Assembly: GCA_963769935.1 (NCBI GenBank)
Contig: CAVYNY010000010.1
Span: 608,001-672,000, forward strand
Origin: an uncultured delta proteobacterium
Lineage (GTDB): Bacteria > Desulfobacterota > Desulfobacteria > Desulfobacterales > JAFDCJ01
Length of the DNA stretch: 64,000 nucleotides
Reading direction: 5' to 3'
The translations under genes and the position numbers were made by a program. This document shows positions 11,416 through 22,294 of this stretch, piece after piece; the stretch's first letter is position 1, and each line of letters opens with the position of its first letter. The notes below the pieces were generated by a model. That model searched no databases. It was not told the origin of the DNA and saw only the letters and a list, made by a program, of their open reading frames with translations.

Positions 11416-13905
11416 TTAGCGCCGGAACCCACCGCCGCCGAAGCGGTCGCCGAACCCGCCGCCGCTGAAGCGGTTGCCCCAACCACCCCCACCGCCGAAG
11501 CGGTTGGCCCAGTTGCCGCCTTGGCTGAAGCTGTTGAATCTGCTTTGCGCCTGGCTGCGGGCCTGCTGCTCATGGTCGGCCCAGGAGGTGTCCTCACTGC
11601 CTGCGCTCTGCCAGCCGTTGGCCGTCTGCTTCTGCCAGCCGCCGCCGGTGTTCTGATAGACATTGCCGTCGCGGCTCGCGTAGCGGTCGTTGCCGTCAAA
11701 GCCCGAACTGTAGGACTTGGTCTGACCGGTGTGGGCGTTGTAGACCGACGTCTGGCGCTCGGCCGATGCCCCCTGGGCACCCCAGGAGTCGCTGGTGCTG
11801 CGGGTAACCGAGCTGCCCCCCTTGCCGGTCGCGGACATGCCGGAACCGTAGCTGGTCTCGCCGGTTTTGGCGTTGTAGCTCTCGTTGCGGCTGACATTGC
11901 CGGTGGTACCCTCGGGCGTGTTGGCCGACCGCTGGTAGCTGCGGCCTTCCGTTCCCTGGTCCGGATTGACATAACGGTTGGCCGAATAGGTGCCGGTAGC
12001 TCCTGTGCGATAGTTCGTATAGTTCCCGCTTGTCTTTTCCCCGATATTGCCGGAGGAGTGGCTGTACCAGGTGTCGCTCCCCGACCAGGTCGTATTGCCC
12101 CAGTGGCTGTACACATTGGCGCTGGAAGACCCACAGCAGGGGTAGCCGTGGTAGTACGAGTCATAGTAGACGGGATGATCCCAGGAATCGACCATGGCCG
12201 CAGTGGTCATGCCCAGAGCCATGCCGAAAGCCATATCGGCCGCCGGATTGTCGACCGGCTGGGCCTGTATGCCATAGGTCACCGGCGGTGCATAGTAAAC
12301 CGAACCGATCCAGGGCTGGTACACGTAACCGGTGCCATAGACCACGGTGCCGTCGGGTTCCACCACTGTGCCCAGGTAGCCGGGCGTGTAGCCGACGTAG
12401 ACCACATCAGGCGTTGCCCCGTACACCCGCACGAAAGTTGTATAGTACAGCGGCGAACTGGGCGGGATGGTGTAGATCGCATCCGGCACCGAGGCAGCCA
12501 CCGACCAGGGGCCATCCAGCGAGGGGGCTGTGAACCAGACCCCGGCCCGCAGGGCATAATAGGTGCGGCTGTCCACGCGAATGATCGGCGTCGGCGAATT
12601 GATCACATACTCCAGCGAGGTCCCCTCGATCGGCCGCAACTGCGGGTCTCCATCGTACACCGCTGCAAAGCTGGGGCCGCCCGCGCGCGGTACGGTGGCG
12701 GTCTGCGGAATTGAATTGGCGATGACCGCTTCCCTGGCCTGCGCCGTGCCGGCAACGCAAGCCAGCACGACCCCGGCCGGCGAACTGGGCGGAATGCGGC
12801 TGAAATCGGCCGGAAGCTGGTTGCCGGCCACGAAGCTCCACGGTCCGTCCAGGGATGCAGCGCGGTACCACCGCCCCGATATCAGGATATAGTAAAAGTT
12901 ATTCGCCGTATCCACGATCACATCCGCCGTGGTGTTGGCAGCCCACAACAGCGCGGTCTGGCTGATCGGCTCCAGGTTGGGCTGTCCCTTGAATACAATG
13001 AGCTCGGCCGGTTTTTCTCTGACATAGATTGCAGGCACGCCGTTGGCCAACGACGGCGAGGGCCGGGCGTTGCCGCCGCTGAGCGGATCCACCAGCCGCT
13101 TTTCGACCAGCTTATTGGCGACGGGCTCGATGCCCCTGGGAACACTAGTGGCCAGGCTCCAGGAACCTTCAAGCGAGGCTGCGGACAGCCAGCCGTCGTA
13201 AACATGCAGGTAGCATGTTGTTTCCGATTTCCTGCGCAGGATCAGCGCACGGGTATTGACCACCCGTTCGAAGCCGCTGTCCGGCACGTCCCGCCATACG
13301 GGGTTGCCGCTGATGGGGACCAGAATCGCCGGCGAATAGCTGGCGATGATCTGCGGCGGATCGTTCTTCACGGGAACCCCTTTGGGATGAACCGTGCCGG
13401 AGGCGGCCAGCGACGCCTCGAGCCGGTCGAGGGCGATGGTCCGTGAAGCACCCGCGAACAACAGCTGCAGTTGTTCCAGATAGGATGCGCCGTTGTCGGC
13501 CCGGGTGGGGAAGTTGCTGCGGGTAAGATTCAGATCCTCCAGGGTCACCATGTGCGCCGGACGGTCGACTTCCGTACGCGCCGTGCCCCAGATTACGCCG
13601 AAGGTCTCCCCGGTGGCGCCGGTGCTGCGTGCACCCACAGCAGCTCGAAAATCCAGCCGGTTGTACTCCCACTTTTCGACCTGCGGCTGGTAGACCAGCA
13701 GGGTTACGTTTCCGTCTGTTCCCATAAAGCTGAATTTACGCGGCCAGGGGTCCAGGTTGGGCGCAGTGGGCGATCCGGCTGCGGACTCCGCCGCCATGGC
13801 GGGTGGCGGCGCAACCCATGGCGACTGCAAAGCCCAGCCGACTATTGCCGCAATGAAGACCGCTATGATTATTTTGATATTGTGTTTGATATTATGGATG
13901 TGCAT
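11416..13905 (-). CDS. large exported hypothetical protein with Trp/Tyr/Pro-rich repeats and a Gly/Ser/Thr-rich tail
   Basis: Signal peptide; repeated G.W..A.SL.GPW motifs; tail of GGGF/RFGGG repeats. Confidence 0.85.
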   Translation of the reverse strand: MHIHNIKHNIKIIIAVFIAAIVGWALQSPWVAPPPAMAAESAAGSPTAPNLDPWPRKFSFMGTDGNVTLLVYQPQVEKWEYNRLDFRAAVGARSTGATGETFGVIWGTARTEVDRPAHMVTLEDLNLTRSNFPTRADNGASYLEQLQLLFAGASRTIALDRLEASLAASGTVHPKGVPVKNDPPQIIASYSPAILVPISGNPVWRDVPDSGFERVVNTRALILRRKSETTCYLHVYDGWLSAASLEGSWSLATSVPRGIEPVANKLVEKRLVDPLSGGNARPSPSLANGVPAIYVREKPAELIVFKGQPNLEPISQTALLWAANTTADVIVDTANNFYYILISGRWYRAASLDGPWSFVAGNQLPADFSRIPPSSPAGVVLACVAGTAQAREAVIANSIPQTATVPRAGGPSFAAVYDGDPQLRPIEGTSLEYVINSPTPIIRVDSRTYYALRAGVWFTAPSLDGPWSVAASVPDAIYTIPPSSPLYYTTFVRVYGATPDVVYVGYTPGYLGTVVEPDGTVVYGTGYVYQPWIGSVYYAPPVTYGIQAQPVDNPAADMAFGMALGMTTAAMVDSWDHPVYYDSYYHGYPCCGSSSANVYSHWGNTTWSGSDTWYSHSSGNIGEKTSGNYTNYRTGATGTYSANRYVNPDQGTEGRSYQRSANTPEGTTGNVSRNESYNAKTGETSYGSGMSATGKGGSSVTRSTSDSWGAQGASAERQTSVYNAHTGQTKSYSSGFDGNDRYASRDGNVYQNTGGGWQKQTANGWQSAGSEDTSWADHEQQARSQAQSRFNSFSQGGNWANRFGGGGGWGNRFSGGGFGDRFGGGGFRR

Positions 13906-14186
13906 AATTGTTCTCCCATGCGTCTGGTTGCCTGTACTTTTCAGATTTTCAAGACGGTATTTTCATGAGCCACGCAACGGTGCGGAGCACTTTCGCAGCT
14001 GCTCCTTAAAGCCCCTTATGGTTTGGGAATGGCTCTGTATTGTTGCACAACCTCAAAAAGGCCGTGGAAGATCAATCCCATCCCCATGGCGGATACGAAA
14101 AAACCGACAATGCGGGAGGCAGCGTCCATGGCACCTCCAAATTGTCACCATGATCCCGTCTGGCTTAAAGTTTACAACCAATTATG

Positions 14187-14203
14187 AGCGAAACCTGTGC
14201 CAA
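14187..14203 (-). promoter_or_regulatory. sigma-54 (-24/-12) promoter
   Basis: Minus strand TTGGCACAGGTTTCGCT (GG-N10-GC), about 280 bp upstream of the 829-aa gene. An AT-rich tract and the palindrome GCCGA-TATT-TCGGC (14302-14315) lie further upstream. Confidence 0.65.
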
Positions 14204-14385
14204 CCGGCGAAACCACGCGCGTATCTGGTCAATATCCTGTTTTTATTTGTTTTTTTTAGTAATTGATTCGCATGCGGGAAAATGTCCGAATTTTTTATAA
14301 AGCCGATATTTCGGCACGTAGACTATATCTCGGCAGATGGAGATGATAGAGCGCATGTATTTGACAAGAGCATACGATAATTTAT

Positions 14386-14502
14386 CTCGATGCGCTTGCC
14401 CATCTTTTGTTCATACTGCCTGACAAAGGCTCAGACGAGCAGAGAGATATCCTCCGGACGTTCCCGCAGGGGGGGCACGGCAATGGGAAACACATTCAGC
14501 CG
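14386..14502 (-). pseudogene. fragment of a sigma-54-dependent activator (AAA+ domain)
   Basis: Translates as RLNVFPIAVPPLRERPEDISLLV*AFVRQYEQKMGKRIE, with an internal TGA. Confidence 0.8.
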
Positions 14503-14730
14503 CGGGATAAACTGCTCCGGCCAGACACACTCCCTTCGCACGGCATTGTTTGTTCAAACCGCAGGCGCTCTTCCAGTTCGTGTGGCAGACATGATTCAGA
14601 TGATGCCATGTTATCACCTTATTTTACCGGTAGAGCTTAATCTTTGTTTGTGAAGCTTTAATTCGTCAAAAAACGCCGTCGAGGCGCTATCAATCATAGT
14701 CCATTTTTCTTCTTTGAAATGCTGTTATAA

Positions 14731-15132
14731 ACTTATGATTTTTCACTGGACGCCGTACTTCAAGCAGTCGTTGATTTCATTCCCCCTGCAATTCAATACC
14801 CTGAAATTACATGTGCTCGACTTATTTTTGGTGATTATGAGATTAAAACCAAAAATTTTAGAGATACGAAATGGAAGATATCGCGTGAAATCGGGGTAAC
14901 CGATAAATGGATCGGCACTCTGGAAGTGTGTTATCTGGAAGAAAAACCAGAGCTTGAGGAGGGGCCGTTTCTTAAGGAAGCAAAAAATCTAATAAACGCT
15001 GTTGCTGAAAATATAGGAAAAATTATCGAGCGCGAGGAGGCGGAAGATGCGATAAGAAAACACCAAGACCATATTGAAGTGCTTATTAAAAAAACAGCAA
15101 CAAAAATATTTTTGGAAAAAACCAACGCGTAG
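14731..15132 (+). pseudogene. 5'-truncated GAF-like sensory-domain protein
   Basis: Open frame after a TAA with no plausible start: SLDAVLQAVVDFIPPAIQYPEITCARL...GTLEVCYLEEKPELEEGPFLKE. Confidence 0.6.
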
Positions 15133-15191
15133 CGGTCTATTGGACCACCTAATTTATCTCATTGCTTTAGGTTTAAAAAAGGGGGATTAAA

Positions 15192-15533
15192 ATGAACATT
15201 TTCATTGGCAACCTGTCATACAATGTCACCGAAGGTGATTTGCGCCAGGCTTTTGAGGCCTTCGGACAGGTCGTGTCCGCAACTGTTATCAAGGATGAAC
15301 AAAGTGGTCAATCTAAAGGCTTTGGATTCGTGGAAATGCCCGTTCAAACTGAAGCTCAGTCTGCGATCGAATTTTTAAATGGGAATGCCTTGAAAGGGAG
15401 AACGATTACCGTCAATGAGGCTCGGCCTCATGCTGACAACCGTCGCGGTAAAGACAAAAAACGAGGGCGTGATAGAGAAGGAGACGGAGATCGACGCGGA
15501 GGGGGAGATCGACGCGGTAGAGGGCGTTACTAA
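15192..15533 (+). CDS. RNA-binding protein (RRM) with an RG-rich tail
   Basis: RNP2 IFIGNL and RNP1 KGFGFVEM. Confidence 0.95.
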   Translation: MNIFIGNLSYNVTEGDLRQAFEAFGQVVSATVIKDEQSGQSKGFGFVEMPVQTEAQSAIEFLNGNALKGRTITVNEARPHADNRRGKDKKRGRDREGDGDRRGGGDRRGRGRY

Positions 15534-15690
15534 CAAGGCAATCAGGCCATACTGATTGATATTTACACCTTCTCATCCAGCTTTTTCAAGAAGCCCGGCC
15601 GGTGCTGACCCTTTGCAGAAGCTTGACGTCTTTGTGGCTGAATCGGTGGGATAAGAAGCAGAGAAAGATGGTGAAGTTTTCGATAAGGGA

Positions 15691-15737
15691 AAAAATTAAA
15701 GCGCCCTTTTGGCAAACCATTACGCCAAAAGGGCTTT
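15691..15737 (-). terminator. rho-independent terminator of groEL
   Basis: gcccttttggc/gccaaaagggc stem followed by a U-rich tract on the minus strand. Confidence 0.75.
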
Positions 15738-15765
15738 CCCATGAACGTTATGGAATGATGGAGGC

Positions 15766-17406
<1,641 letters not shown>

Positions 17407-17432
17407 TTAACCTCCATCCATTTTATTTTTTG

Positions 17433-17720
17433 TTATTCGACAACACCAAGCACGTCATCCTCGCGCATGATAAGGTATTCTTCACCCTCTATTTTTACCT
17501 CGGTACCCGAATATTTGCCAAATAGAATCCGATCGCCTTTCTTGACTTCAAGCGCTATGCGCTTTCCCTCTTCGCTGAGTTTTCCATTGCCGGCAGCAAT
17601 CACTTTGCCTTCAATTGGTTTTTCTTTGGCTGTATCCGGGATGATGATCCCGCCTTTTGTTTTTCCCTCTTCTTCAACCCGTTGAACTAAAATTCGATCC
17701 TGTAATGGTCTGAGTTTCAT
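17433..17720 (-). CDS. groS: co-chaperonin GroES
   Basis: [12 protein letters not shown]...[13 protein letters not shown]. Confidence 0.99.
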   Translation of the reverse strand: MKLRPLQDRILVQRVEEEGKTKGGIIIPDTAKEKPIEGKVIAAGNGKLSEEGKRIALEVKKGDRILFGKYSGTEVKIEGEEYLIMREDDVLGVVE

Positions 17721-18117
17721 GGTTCAGATTCTCCTTTTTGAAGCAACTGTTTCATCCATTTATTTCTCCATCGCAACCGTGACGTTTCCCATTGCATTTA
17801 TCCAACAAATTAGCCCGGTGTTTCCTCCTTCATCAGAATAATTATCCTGCTCGGACCCGGCTTCCAAAGCGATCGCCAGTGCGGTTGATGGACCTAAGCA
17901 CCTACTTAAAAGAATGTTAAAGAATATAATATTCTGAAATAAATCAACAAATGAAAGGGCGCAACGTGGTTGGCTGTTGGAAGGCCAGCTCCGGCTTAAT
18001 TGAAACCGGATGTTAGTTGAAAAGAAGAAAAGGGAAATGTTGCGATTTTCAATTTATTAAATAAGTTATGCATGTAAATCCATTTTGTCAAGCTGCTTCA
18101 GTAAGTGGTTTAAAGTT

Positions 18118-19047
18118 TCATTTAACTAATGTGGATCTGAAAACCTTTTGACGAATATTGCGCATCAGGTATTTGAGCCGCGGGTGGTTCCGCAGATTGA
18201 GCAGCACCAGCTCAGAATATAAATTATCAATTTGGGCCGGCTTCAAACTGGACGACAAATACTGTTTGGGCGTCCGGTAGGGCAGGCAGAAGCTGACGGG
18301 CAGCTTCAGGCCGGCCACCAGGCGTGAATCTATGACGGCGAAGCAGACGCGCGCCTGGGACATGATCGCACCGCGGATCTTGTTATAAGTCTGCCCGAAA
18401 AGGTGCGGTTCGCTGATATAATGGATGTAAACGAAGGGCAGTTTTTTTCTTTTGTGCTTTGAGTAGATAATGTAGCAATACCGCTTTCCGGCGGATAGCA
18501 GAAAATGAGCGCATTGGTAGTCGATATGATCATTTAAAATTTTCAGGTGCTCGGCGGATAAAATTTGACGGATTTCAGCGGCAGCGTGGGTCATCTTTAC
18601 CGGAAAATGCTTTGGCCCAAAAAACCTGCGGCCGAAGGGCAGCAGAATACGACCGTTGGCATCCAGGTCTTTAAATCCAAGTTTTTGTTGAATCTGATAA
18701 ACAGTGCGGGAGGGCGTCAGATCCGTAATGGTATAATCGCGCATCTTTACCAGCGGCAAAAGCAAAGATACCGCCCTGGCGCGGTACTCCTCCCGCACGA
18801 ACCAGGAGCTCAGGTTGCAGAATTTTTCGACCCGTCCGTTGACCCACCGGCGACTGAATATCATCCCGATGAATCCGACGGTTTGGCCGCCGTCCTTCAG
18901 GGCCAGGCCGCAATAATCTTCATCCCGCTCCCAGCGATATTCGAACAGCTTGCGCCATTTCTCTTCGCTGCCCTTGCCCCAGAAGTTGATCAGCGTATCC
19001 TGGACATCCTTGAAATCGGCACAGTCGACTTTTTCAACCCTGACCAT
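18118..19047 (-). CDS. GNAT-fold (acyl/aminoacyl transferase-like) hypothetical protein
   Basis: VGFIG...CNLSSWFVREEYR resembles GNAT motif A; divergent from the ACP gene. Confidence 0.6.
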   Translation of the reverse strand: MVRVEKVDCADFKDVQDTLINFWGKGSEEKWRKLFEYRWERDEDYCGLALKDGGQTVGFIGMIFSRRWVNGRVEKFCNLSSWFVREEYRARAVSLLLPLVKMRDYTITDLTPSRTVYQIQQKLGFKDLDANGRILLPFGRRFFGPKHFPVKMTHAAAEIRQILSAEHLKILNDHIDYQCAHFLLSAGKRYCYIIYSKHKRKKLPFVYIHYISEPHLFGQTYNKIRGAIMSQARVCFAVIDSRLVAGLKLPVSFCLPYRTPKQYLSSSLKPAQIDNLYSELVLLNLRNHPRLKYLMRNIRQKVFRSTLVK

Positions 19048-19214
19048 CGCGGCTTCCTCACAAATAAATTTCCGGCGGTATTAGGTGAAACACCCGAAAC
19101 CTGCTCATACCGTGACGGGAAAATCCACCCAAATAAAATTCCGCAAAATTTGACTTTTAACCGCCCCTTTGATAATTTTTCAAAATTCTTACCACTCTTT
19201 GAAGGAACAGCCTG

Positions 19215-19550
19215 ATGACCTGGAAAATTAAAGAAAAAATTCACAGTGCCTTTAAACGTCACCATAATGAATACGGCTCTGCTGAGGACGGTGATCAATT
19301 GCCGTTTGTGGCGCAGAAAATCAAATCCATCATGGCTGAAACTTTTAAAGTCGATCTAAATGCCATCAATGAAGACACATCGCCCGATAACCTGGATCAA
19401 TGGACTTCCTTAAAGCACGTGGACCTGGTGTTAAACCTGCAGCAGGCGTTTGAGATTGAATTTACAGACTCACAAATAGTAGAAGAACTATTAACTTACA
19501 AAACTATCGTACAGACCGTTGAGGCAGCGTTAACCAAAATCGACAGGTGA
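19215..19550 (+). CDS. acyl/aminoacyl carrier protein (DltC-like)
   Basis: Acidic helical protein with a WTSLKHV phosphopantetheinylation site and F.IEF motif; the true start may be further downstream. Confidence 0.85.
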   Translation: MTWKIKEKIHSAFKRHHNEYGSAEDGDQLPFVAQKIKSIMAETFKVDLNAINEDTSPDNLDQWTSLKHVDLVLNLQQAFEIEFTDSQIVEELLTYKTIVQTVEAALTKIDR

Positions 19551-19553
19551 AAA

Positions 19554-21128
19554 ATGTTTGTTAACTGGTTTATCGAATCTTCGCAAAAATTCCCCCAGCG
19601 GCCGGCCGCAGAAGTCAATAATTTGCAGCTGTCATACAAAGAATTGGCACGGCTGGCAAGTAAAATAGCAGGGGCAATTCAGACACAACATATAACGAAC
19701 AGACCGATAGGGTTATTGGCTTACCGAAGTTTTGCAGCCTATGCCGGCGTCCTGGGGATCATGTATTCAAAAAATGTTTATCTGCCCCTGAATCCGAATT
19801 TTCCTCCGAATAGAACCCAAAAAATGATCAATCTGGTTGACTGCCGGGCTTTAATCGTGGGCAATGAGTGCAGGGACTATTTTCTCAAATTATTGCCGGA
19901 TTTATCGGAGCCCATGACCTTTATTTTTCCAGACGCCGCCGGAATCAAGGAAATATGCAGGGATAGCGAACACGATTTCATATTTTTAAATGAGCTTGAA
20001 GATACCCGCGAATTTGATCGAATTGAAGATATTGATGAAGAGGCGGTCGCCTATTTCGTATTTACTTCGGGCAGCACCGGCGAGCCCAAGATCGTCCAGC
20101 AAAGCAATAAAAACGTCATGACTTATTTAGATTATGTTGCCAGACGATATCAACTCGACGCGAATGATCGCGTGAGTCAGACATTCGAGTTAACTTTTGA
20201 CAACAGCATCCATGACATGTTTATCTGCTGGAAGTATGGCGCCTGTCTGTATTGTGTGCCCCGCAATCATCTCATGATGCCGTCGGGCTTTATTAAAGAC
20301 AAGCAGCTGACGGTGTGGTACTCGGTGCCCTCGATTGGCTTGAACATGCTCAAACTGAACCGCTTAAAAGAAGATGCATTGCCAAGTTTAAGGTATACCT
20401 TATTTTGCGGCGAAGCGCTGCCGAAAAACCTGGTAATCACCTGGGCTCAAGCAGCCAAAAATTCTGTCATTGAAAATTATTATGGCATAACTGAAACCAC
20501 CCATCAAGTTTCGGTATATACGTGGAACCATAAAGCGTCGGAAGGGGAATGCATCAACGATATCGTCTCCATCGGGAAGACTTTTGAAGGCATCCGTTAT
20601 TGTATATTAGACGAAAACCAAAAAAGAGTAAGCCCGGGCGAACCCGGCGAGTTGTATGTTTCCGGCGTTCAGATTACGAAAGGCTACTACAATGATCCGG
20701 AACGGACAAAAGCGGCCTATGTTAAAATCCCGCAGCTGGGCAAAGACACCTGGTTCAAAACGGGGGACCTGGTCAGGGAGCGGCCGAACGGCAATTTAAA
20801 TTATCTGGGGAGACTGGACAACCAGGTTAAAATCCTCGGTAATCGCGTTGAACTGCAGGAGGTTGACTGCATATTAAAGAAGGCTTCCAACAGTGAGCTG
20901 GTCGTTTCCCTGGCATGGCCCATTGAAAACGGCGTCGCCAAAAGTATCGTCGCTTTTATAGCCGAAAGCAAGGAGCAGCAAAAATCGAAGATCCTGGACT
21001 ACTGCAAGCGCACCCTGCCGCCTTATATGATTCCGCAGGATATTGTATTTATAGATAAGATTCCGCTGAATGACAATGGAAAATTCAATAAAAAAAAGCT
21101 GGTCGAAATATTAGAAGAAAAAAGCTGA
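19554..21128 (+). CDS. stand-alone amino acid adenylation enzyme (DltA-like)
   Basis: FTSGSTGEPK, TFDNS, YGITE, GELYVSG, FKTGD, GRLDNQVK and NGK core motifs; 3 bp after the ACP gene. Confidence 0.92.
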   Translation: MFVNWFIESSQKFPQRPAAEVNNLQLSYKELARLASKIAGAIQTQHITNRPIGLLAYRSFAAYAGVLGIMYSKNVYLPLNPNFPPNRTQKMINLVDCRALIVGNECRDYFLKLLPDLSEPMTFIFPDAAGIKEICRDSEHDFIFLNELEDTREFDRIEDIDEEAVAYFVFTSGSTGEPKIVQQSNKNVMTYLDYVARRYQLDANDRVSQTFELTFDNSIHDMFICWKYGACLYCVPRNHLMMPSGFIKDKQLTVWYSVPSIGLNMLKLNRLKEDALPSLRYTLFCGEALPKNLVITWAQAAKNSVIENYYGITETTHQVSVYTWNHKASEGECINDIVSIGKTFEGIRYCILDENQKRVSPGEPGELYVSGVQITKGYYNDPERTKAAYVKIPQLGKDTWFKTGDLVRERPNGNLNYLGRLDNQVKILGNRVELQEVDCILKKASNSELVVSLAWPIENGVAKSIVAFIAESKEQQKSKILDYCKRTLPPYMIPQDIVFIDKIPLNDNGKFNKKKLVEILEEKS

Positions 21129-21176
21129 TGAATTTTTCGGGGCCGCTGCGCAAGTTACTAACCCGGCAACTAAACT

Positions 21177-21250
21177 CGCCATTCCGGCCGTAGCGAAGCG
21201 GAGAGCCGGAATCCAGAAAAGGGGCTGCAATTAATTAATGGATTCCCGAT
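21177..21250. repeat. REP-like palindrome
   Basis: attccggc...gccggaatcca...tggattccc between convergent genes; related to the repeat at 24300-24390. Confidence 0.6.
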
Positions 21251-21285
21251 TTTATGCAATCATAGCGAAAAGACGGCCCTGGTCG

Positions 21286-21882
21286 TCAATCCTTCCAAGG
21301 CACTTCGGGCAGGTTTTCAGCTGACTTGGCGGTTGTATTCTGCCCGGCGGCCCAGCTGGGATGATAATTTTTGATGTAATTTTCCGGTATCGGCATGTGG
21401 CCTCTTTCAAGACCCAGGCGGTAGGTCTCCTCCAGCGCATCTTCGTTGCTCCAGTGATCCTGCTCGATACGATAGATGGCCGATAGGACGCCCGAGCGCT
21501 CCGTGCCGCGGGAGCAGTGCACCAGAACGGGCCAGTTCGACTTGTCGGCGACGATGGCCAGAAAGCGCTTCACCGCTGCATCGATTTCGCCGGCGCTTGA
21601 TCCGATTGAAAAATTATAGAAGTGCAGACCTTTTTCAGCGGCAAACGCTTTTTCTCCCGGTGTGCCTTTACTGTTCGGTTTCCTGAGGTTGATCAGGGTG
21701 CGAATGCCGTAAAGCTTCACAAACTCCAGACCCAAGCCGCGCGGCTGCCCGCTTCTATAAAGCACCCCCTCGCGGGTGGTATGAAAATTGGGCAATGCGA
21801 CCTGAATAAAGTAATAATAGGTTCCGCCGACCATTAAGATTATGAGCGAAAGAGCCGCTATTATTTTCGTGCGTCTTTTCAT
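21286..21882 (-). CDS. membrane-anchored CX5R (tyrosine/dual-specificity-type) phosphatase
   Basis: N-terminal TM segment; LYRSGQP and HCSRGTERSG. Confidence 0.88.
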   Translation of the reverse strand: MKRRTKIIAALSLIILMVGGTYYYFIQVALPNFHTTREGVLYRSGQPRGLGLEFVKLYGIRTLINLRKPNSKGTPGEKAFAAEKGLHFYNFSIGSSAGEIDAAVKRFLAIVADKSNWPVLVHCSRGTERSGVLSAIYRIEQDHWSNEDALEETYRLGLERGHMPIPENYIKNYHPSWAAGQNTTAKSAENLPEVPWKD

Positions 21883-22294
21883 TGATTAAAGATAGGCAAT
21901 AAGAGTCCCATCTGTCAAGGAATAAGGGGCAACTTTTAGTCCTTCAAAGTGAATTCTAAAACAGTACCGCAAACTCTGGTGAGCCGAGGATGATGCCGCT
22001 GCGCGCAATGGTAAATGGTCAATTTGTTTGGGTTTATGAATTTGGGTCATTGAGATTTGTTTGGAATTTGGTTTTTGGTGCTTGGTATTTTCATAATATT
22101 CGTTAAGCAGGTATTTTTCAGCTAATTCAGCTAATTTCTTCTTTAATTTAAAGATACCTGGGATAATGCCGCCGGACCTATTGACATCATAAATTTTCGG
22201 GTGATAACCTTGAGCACCATCATTATACTCGCTCCATCATAAATAAGTCGAGCGGGCGGCTCGAACCTCTTCTGAATCTCGGGATACCCGACGA

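Noticed and set aside
11331..12714. Alternative-frame ORFs of 277 and 397 aa over the Gly-rich tail of the 829-aa gene
   Set aside because: Explained by the low stop-codon frequency of low-complexity GC-rich sequence.
17720..18117. CIRCE operator upstream of groES
   Set aside because: No TTAGCACTC-N9-GAGTGCTAA found. Only a CTTGACA promoter-like site near 18090 on the minus strand, whose sigma factor I cannot assign.
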